Below are positions 56,197-64,000 of a stretch of 64,000 nucleotides of DNA, piece by piece. Location: the NCBI RefSeq assembly GCF_018350175.1, contig NC_058368.1:230270001-230334000 (forward strand), written 5' to 3'. Below the pieces are notes generated by a model. It had not been told where the DNA came from. It saw only the letters and a list, made by a program, of their open reading frames with translations, and did not search any database. The stretch's first letter is position 1. Every line of letters starts with the position of its first letter. The stretch comes from Felis catus (Eukaryota). The position numbers and the translations under genes were made by a program.

Positions 56197-56421
56197 GGGG
56201 CGCCTGGGTGGCGCAGTCGGTTAAGCGTCCGACTTCAGCCAGGTCACGATCTCGCGGTCCGTGAGTTCGAGCCCTGCGTCAGGCTCTGGGCTGATGGCTC
56301 AGAGCCTGGAGCCTGTTTCCGATTCTGTGTCTCCCTCTCTCTCTGCCCCTCCCCTGTTCATGCTCGGTCTCTCTCTGTCCCAAAAATAAATAAACGTTGA
56401 AAAAAAAATTAAAAAAAAAAA
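56197..56421 (+). mobile_element. Young SINEC_Fc-type Can-SINE with 18-bp TSD
   Basis: TSD aaaagaacttcctttctt at 56179-56196 and 56422-56439; long A tail. Confidence 0.95.
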
Positions 56422-57799
56422 AAAAGAACTTCCTTTCTTTATCTTCGACTTCTACTGTGGAACTATTCAAGGCCTATTTCATGATTAGCATATCTCAATT
56501 AACTAATCCTCAGAGCCTTCTGTGTAGATTCTCCTGCAATCAAAATCTGAAATCTCCTTTGGTGATTTCATGTACAAACCAGCTTTAATATTTCTCGCGA
56601 TGTCGTAAGTCGCCTTTCTTCACCATCTGACTTTAAACATTTGGTTGAGGCCGAAAGGGGAGCTTTCAAAACTTTCATTGTCCTACAAGGAAGGTGGTAG
56701 TTGCCTGTCAGTTCGTAACTAATGGGAATTAATTTTTGTTGCTTCTTGAGGTATTTTGCAGCTAATAGCGCTCATTAATTTGGAGGCACTGACATCTATG
56801 GAGATAAAATTAGCATTTGATAGTAAGAAATACTATACATTTTGAACTGAAATTTCCATTGCCATGATAAATTAAGGTTTGACAAATCCAGTAACCTAAA
56901 TTCTTTCATCTCCTGAAAACCACATTCAGCTGTCTTAACTGGACTGCTGAACCGCGCGTGGTCTAGAGTCCAAATCATTGTATTACGAAGAGTAGGAGGA
57001 AGAACAGGAAGGGAAGGAGGAGGAGAAAGATACGGAGTGGGAAATTTAGAAGGAAGGCCTCTTGCCATACAGAATGTTTTATGTGCTAAAATGCCTCTCA
57101 TTGAGTGAGATGAAACTTGTATCCTCACTTAGAATTTCATACTAAAATGTGGCCCATGGGCCATCAGTTGTGGGGTCCTCTTCAGAGATGAACCCACTAC
57201 ACCAAGAAAACTCTGTTTGATATCTGGACCATTTGCAGAGAAGCCCCTAAAGCGAGGGACCCCGCCCACCGTCAGCCGCTCTATACTGAAGGAGGCCGCA
57301 GTGAGACCCCAGGTGTTTCCTGTAGACTCTGAAACCTGGCAGTTTTGGAATTCATATGCTGGTTACGTTGGGGTGCCGCCAGAAGGTGCCCAGTCTTTTA
57401 TTCTGTAATACCCTCCAACCACCGCTTAATACACAGGAAAAGCTAACATGGAATAACCTTAGAATATAGGACAGTGTTTTCAATTGAATGAAAGGGACCG
57501 TATGAAAAAAGCAAAGTTGGTTTGCAAAGAGATGCTTGAAAATCAGTGGCTTAGAAGCCACAATGAAAGAAATCACTTCTCTGAATATGTGAGTAAAATT
57601 AGCTTCAAATACTCACATATGTCCCGGTGAATGTAAACGAGAAATCCTGAGTTTTTACCTTACTTTGCCTGTATGTACTATTTTAAAGATACTTACTGAG
57701 TAAATGAATGACTAGTATTATGATATTTCTTCTGAATGTTTGCAAGTATTTCAAAGCGGCAATAATATTCTCGCATCTTAATCCTTACTGAAAAATCTC

Positions 57800-58195
57800 C
57801 GTGTGGCTGGTTCACGCTGTGGAATTAACGGTGGTGTCTGTGGCGTCATTGCCCAGTCACCGCATCTCCTGGAGCTCACACCTTTGTGTGGTCCCCTCCC
57901 ACACTGACTCAGAGCTGGCCTGTGACCAGCAGAATGGCGTGCGAGTGACAGTGTATGACTTCTGCGGGTAGGGAACCACTCTGCCCGCCACGTGAGTGAG
58001 ACACCTTCCAAGCAGGCCCACCAGGGCCCGTCATGCCTTTGAATCTTCCAGCTTAGATCCCAGACATTGTGCAGCAGGGACAGATCACCCCCGCTGTTCC
58101 CTGTCTTGAATTCCTGACTAAGAAACAGCAAGATAATAAATGATTCTTGTTGTCGGCCACTGAGTCGTGGGATGATTTGTTATGCCTGATCTGAC
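57800..58195 (+). mobile_element. MaLR solo LTR (older MLT1-type)
   Basis: ccctcccacactgactcagagctggcctgtgac..agaatgg and aataaatgattcttgttg..ccactgag..gatttgttatgc. Confidence 0.65.
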
Positions 58196-58269
58196 TGGTC
58201 ATCTCACTGAAGTTATCGGTATTTCTCCCAGTATCTCCTGTGAACACCCCCCTCCTCCTTTCTTGTTTA

Positions 58270-58745
58270 AAAGAAAAAAGCCAAAAAAGTAGAAACAACC
58301 CCAACATCCGTCGACCAATGAACCGATAAACAAAATGAAGTGTTCACGTGCAACAGAATATTCCGCAGGCTTAAAAGAAAAACAGAAATCCTGTCCCGTG
58401 CTACAATGTGGAAGAACCTTGAAAACATCGTGCTAAATGAAGTCAGCCAGTCGTAAACCGACAAATGCTATATAATTCCACTTATTGGAAGTACTCCAAG
58501 TAGTCAAAATAATAGAGACAGAAATTAGAATGATGATTACCAGGGGCTTGGAGGAAGGGGAAGAGGCAAGTTAATGTTGAATGAGTACAGAGTTTCAGTT
58601 TGGGACAATAGAAGACGTGGACGGTGGTGGTGGTTTCACAGCAGGTGTGAAAGGACCTAATGCCACTAAACGGTACACTGAAAAATGGTTGAAATGGTAA
58701 AATTACAAGTTACGTATACTTGACCACAATATAAAGAACCAAGAA
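58270..58745 (+). mobile_element. Old L1M-type 3' end
   Basis: aacaaccccaacatccgtcgaccaatgaaccgataaacaaaatg, aaccttgaaaacatcgtgctaaatgaagtcagccag, tacagagtttcagtttggga. Confidence 0.8.
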
Positions 58746-58869
58746 AGGAAAAAAGGAAAGAACCAGCTAAAGGCAGTCCAGGCCCTACTTCTGACATATA
58801 GAAACTAAGGCCATTTGGAGTTGCACCTGATGGGGCCCCAGGGAGGACGACTGAGTGGAAGTGGCTCCA

Positions 58870-58987
58870 GGGGGCACCTGGGTGGCTCAGTCGGTTAAGC
58901 ATCCGACTTTGGCTCAGGTCATGATCTCACGGTTCGTGGGTTTGAGTCCTGTGTCGGGCTCTGTACTGTCAGCACAGAGCCTGCTTT

Positions 58988-59030
<43 letters not shown>

Positions 59031-59085
59031 CTCCCCCCTTTCGCATACTCTCTCTCAAAAGAAATGTTAACATTCAAAAAAAAAA
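58870..59085 (+). mobile_element. Can-SINE
   Basis: Head, long (CT)n, A tail. Confidence 0.92.
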
Positions 59086-60911
59086 GTCTCCATGATTGCT
59101 TCCAAAACAGTGCCTTCTGCTGCTTTATGGGCTCTCAAGCCCATTTTTAAGGGAGATGCACACACAGCATCCTGTCCCATTTATCGCTTGCCAAATATGT
59201 TACCTAAGTAAGGTATTTAATCTCTTGCCCACATTTTCTTATGATTAAATAAAAATAAATAATATATTACCTAATATATGAGCTATAAGACTAGTTAAAA
59301 TAATGAACGTGAAGTAACTTTTTCAATTAGCTGACACAATATCATTCTACAGAAAAAAAATTGTTCATATTAGTTGAGAAATAGTGCCTTATGGTGATCA
59401 GTTTTAAATAGTTTATTTATTTTTCCATTCAACAAATACTCATTGAGTACCAACAGCCAGCCATTCTGGATACTGGAAACTTTTGGATAGGAGATGATAC
59501 GGGAATATTAACTAGGAAATAAGTAAGAATTATCTCGTTTAAAATCATATAAGCTTAAAACTAAATCAAATTTAAATGAAAACTATCTGCTACATTTTTA
59601 TTAAAAATTGCCTTTAGAAACGGATTATACGAGCTACCACATAATTCTAGTGTAATAACTCAGGCACTTCTACTTGTGCGCTTTGCTTTCAGAGCCCAGG
59701 TTCTATTTCATGACTTGTACTGGGGTTAATTTCCCCTCGCACTGGAAATGAAGGCAGTAACTCCTACCTCAAAGGCCCTAAATCAGAAAGCTTTCAACCA
59801 ACATAAAGAAAACAGGCAGGGAAAAAGCATCCCGTTTCTCCCAGGAACCAATAGTATTCCTGTCCCTATCTCTCCTTGACAAAGAAGTCTGCTATATTTC
59901 AAGCCAGGCTATTTTATATTAGAAAAGAACTCATTAAGATAAGTGGCAATTAACATCTACACTGCAATAAAAGCGCTTCTGACATTAAAGAGGAAATATA
60001 AAACATGGGCTCTTTTAGATAAACTGAAATGTTTCTGCAGGGGGCCTTACAATGTGTTTGCTGTGCTTTGTTTTGAAGGTTACTAAAACATTAACAGATT
60101 GAAATTTGCTATAAATCAGTTTGAAAGGAACAGGCGATATTGTTAATATTGTGGAAGTGACCATCAGGAACACAAACGCAGGGCGTGTCTGCTGAGCAGT
60201 GTTGGTACATACACACGCAACCACACACACACACACACACCGGCTGGACCTGCTCTGTGTAAGTAACTGCCAACCCTTAATGACTATAAATTTTCACTTT
60301 TGTCCATTAGAAAAGAGAGGATTTCCTGTTTGATGATCCCATGCTGTTGCTTTAATAAAAAAAAGGCAAAGCTTGCAACATATAACAGGACCCTTACGTA
60401 CATCAGTGTGGAGCGTTCCTATCATTCAAGCCCATACTGTCTCCTGAAGCGCTTATATGTAATATGCAGCATTAGCTCCTTCGCTGCGATGAGAACTTAC
60501 AAATTGCAACGAATAAAAATGCACTCCTGGTTATCTCAGTCAATAGGAGCTTGTTGTAAGTTTCCAGAGGGGTATGGAAGAGACAGGAAGCTGTTTCAGC
60601 AGCCCCAGCCAGGCAGGTCTCATTGAAAAACAGATCACGGCCATGGATACAGAAGCTGCTTTGGGGCCATGGCAGGAACTCTGAGCAGGGCGCTGAGAAG
60701 TCTGCTGGGCCCTCATGCAGAGCTTTGCGGTGTGGGGTCTTTTCTTCCCTGTCCCCGCTTCCCCCCGACCTCTTTTCTCTTCTCCTTCTTGTCTCTTAGC
60801 ACTGACTGCCAGGGCTGCTAATGGCCCGGCTTCTGCCTGTCTTCTGTCTGCATCTGTCTCCAATTGTATGTCACGGTGCAGTGCCTCGAATTCAAACTTG
60901 CTCAAGAAAGT

Positions 60912-61242
60912 TGTTTGGGGCTGAAGTGGGTGTCCCCCGAAATTCAAATGTTGAAATCCCAACCCCGCAGTATCTCTGAATATAACCATACTGGAGAGAG
61001 AGGCATATTAAAGAGGTGGTTAAGTTAAAATGAGGCCATCATGGTAGGGCCCTAATCCAGTAAGACCGGTGTCCTTATAAGAGAAAGGACCATGTGAGGA
61101 CAGAGTGAGAAGGTACCATCTGCAAGCCAAGAGAGGGAAGCCTTGGGAGAAACGAAACCTGCTGACACCTTATCTTGGATTTCTAGTTTCCAGAACTGTG
61201 AGAAGATAAATTCTGTTAGGACAGTCCAAGTGGACTAATGCA
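60912..61242 (+). mobile_element. MaLR solo LTR (MLT1A/B-like)
   Basis: tgtcccccgaaattcaaatgttgaaatcccaacccc, ggtgtccttataagaga, cagaactgtgaga, end ctaatgca. Confidence 0.8.
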
Positions 61243-61521
61243 AAAAGCTGTGTTTGGAGCCACAAGTGGGTGTTCAAGATAAAACTTGCTGGACAGAGCT
61301 CAGCGGCAGATGACGTCGCCCTTCCAGGCAGGGCTGCCTGTGGGTCAGTGGGAATTCCAGTGGCATTAGCTGTGGTGGGATTCTACAATCATCTACACAT
61401 GTATGTCCTCAAAGGAGGGCCTAGGGGCCGTGATAGCTGCGCTCAGCCCAAAGTCCAGCTGGCCAATCATTTTCCCCATAGAGGTGTGCCTTTAATGAAG
61501 ATGAATTTTGTATAGTGTTTA

Positions 61522-61740
61522 TTTTTTTTAATTTTTTTAACGTTTATTTATTTTTGGGACAGAGAGAGACAGAGCATGAACGGGGGAGGGGCAGAGAGAG
61601 AGGGAGCCACAGAATCGGAAGCAGGCTCCAGGCTCCGAGCCATCAGCCCAGAGCCCGACGCGGGGCTCGAACTCACGGACCTCGAGATCGTGACCTGAGC
61701 TGAAGTCGGACGCTTAACCGACTGAGCCACCCGGTGCCCC
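61522..61740 (-). mobile_element. Fairly young Can-SINE with 14-bp TSD
   Basis: TSD ttgtatagtgttta at 61508-61521 and 61741-61754. Confidence 0.94.
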
Positions 61741-64000
61741 TTGTATAGTGTTTAAAGTATAACTTGAAGGTCAACAAATGTGTATTTATCTTCTGTAAAT
61801 TTGAAAAGGTTTGTGTAGGTTATAGAGAATGGGATTCAAAAGAGTTTTACTAGTTTTACACATAAATCATGAAAAGGATGAATAAATCCACGTAATGTAA
61901 TCAATCACTAGTGCTTTGATAAACTGGACATACCCGCTTGTGGAAATGGGACTCATTGCTACAAATTAAGAATCACTGTCTTTTCTGTTTCATGCCTTCA
62001 GTTTTCAAATCATTGAAATGTTCAGTCTACCCCATTTGGAATTTTATTTTAAAATATATCTTCGTATTTAAAACATGACCGACCCTAGAATAACCAGAAC
62101 TTAAACTTTCTAGCACCTTCTCTGGAGCCTTGCTGTCCAAAGTGTGTTCCAGGACATGGGTGATGGTTGGAAGTGCATGTACTGAAGGGGACCCTGCATT
62201 TTAATAAGACACCAAGATGATTTCTGTGCACGTTAAGGTCTGCATCACTCATATGTAGTGAGAAACTTCTCGCAAATACCGCATCCAGTTTATTGCAGAA
62301 GTTAGAAACCAAGCTGTGAATTAAGATGCCAATCATATTTGACCTTGCAAATGCGCTTTTTATTATCTTGTGACATTGGTGGCATAATAAGGCACTAGGA
62401 TCATTTGACTTTTGCAGGCTTAGAGTTTTATCTAATCAAACGTCTGAATTTAGGTCTACAGTTGATAATGTGATCAGCAAAATGTAAACTCGCTTTTCAA
62501 AATGTTGCAGTATAGATTTATGAAGATACCATTTTCTTCTTACAGTTCCCCCACAGTATCAGTTCCCTTTATTTTTTATTTTTACAGTAATTGCACTACA
62601 CCTGTGTTATTCTGCAACTTTCTTTTCTTCACATCATGTGTCTTGATGAGCCTTTCTGTCAAAATATATAGACTGACTTTATTCATTTAACCACCACATC
62701 CAAAGTACGAGATGTGACATGACTCTTACATCACATTGTCTCATGGATTGTTTTCAGCTGCTCGTCTTAGAGAGACAGTTTTTTCGTTGTTTATTATCTG
62801 AGTATTGGAGTTTATGAGATGATGCCGTTCCCTCTAAAATGCTAAAAACGAAAATCTCCGTTTGTCTTTCAAGGATAACCAACATTCCTTCCCCTTCACG
62901 AGCCGTAGCCACACCCCCATGTCTCTTTTTTCTCCTACTGAGCCTGTCTCAGCTAGCTGAGGTCTTCTGAATGGATCGTGCCACAATTACTCAGACTTGC
63001 TTGGAGATTTATTCTTTCCCCTCTCTTTGCCCGTGGCCTCCATTTGATCTGACTCAGCCACATCTAGTCGCCCTAACTTCAGTAGATAGCATCATCCCTT
63101 TCTCTAGCCTGTGACCCCTCAACAAGGACATAGTCCCTTCATGCTCTGTTGTGAGCCAGTAACAGCCCGGGTGATGCCTTGTGAGTGCTCCTTACAAACC
63201 CAGTGGGCACGCCCTCAGTCCCCTGGGTGCTGCACACCTCTCCAGGGTGGGGACTGACGTAAGACCATTCTCTTCAGCCAAAGCGCCTGCCCCTCGGTAT
63301 CACATTGCAGTGTGCAGCTCTTAGAAATGCAGAACCCCAGACCTGTTGGCCAGAATCTTCACGTTAACAAGATGCCTCAGTGATGCATGTCACAGTAACG
63401 TTTCAGGAGCCGTGATCAGAAGCTCCGTGTTGTCCAACCACTTTCATTATGTCTCATCGAGAAAAGGCCTTCGTATTTCTTACGCAGAAGTCGCACCCCC
63501 AATGGAGAATCTGGGGCTAAGCTCTGAGAGAGCGTGGGGGTCCGGAGGGCCGGAGGGTGGGGCCACACAGCAAATTGGAGCCCTTGGGATGGAGGAGAAA
63601 GGGAGACTCACCTGGAAGGCAGTAGTAGTTTCTTCTCTCTTGTCATGATGCTTTCTGAGCTTTGGAATAGGAGTTGTTTCCCCAAAGTCTGGGCCCCTGG
63701 CTTTTGAGCTGAGGTGGACTGTCCTTGGGGTGAGGGTCACTGAGTATTCCAACCCATTTCAAGACGCTCACCTTTGCCAACACCTATCTGGTCTTCACCC
63801 ATTCTCCTTTCCACCCTCCCTCTCATGGTTTCTCATCACCTTCTTTACAAATAAAGGCCAGCCCCCCACTTATTCAGAGCCTTGCTGCTTATTTACATGA
63901 ACAAAGTTTCTCCATACTTGTATCTCTAAAAGCCAAAAATAGAAAGATTGGTACTGACCTATCTCATTCTAGCAAAAAATATTCATTTCTTGGGGTGCCT

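Overview
Mammalian genomic DNA from a felid (cat-family) genome, judged from about 24 tRNA-derived Can-SINEs, including young SINEC_Fc-type copies, and carnivore L1 3' ends. The window lies entirely inside the delta-catenin gene CTNND2 (+ strand). It holds three consecutive internal coding exons, 9176-9752, 32384-32578 and 43747-44002 (probably exons 7-9 in human numbering), which splice in frame through canonical AG/GT sites and encode the Pro/Ala/Ser-rich region just before the armadillo repeats. The first exon sits in an intragenic CpG island and carries (CCG)7 poly-Pro and (GCC)9GCG poly-Ala tracts. The rest is intron with SINEs, L1/L2/MIR remnants, MaLR and ERV1-type solo LTRs, hAT/mariner MITE fossils and microsatellites. 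I see no prokaryotic, CRISPR-like or otherwise novel gene system. The best leads are an apparently lengthened coding poly-Ala repeat, a near-identical inverted SINE pair about 500 bp apart, nested SINE insertions, possible SINE-driven back-splicing or exonisation, and a few promoter/enhancer-like motif clusters. Repeat family names and comparisons with human come from memory of consensus sequences, and repeat boundaries are approximate unless a TSD is quoted.
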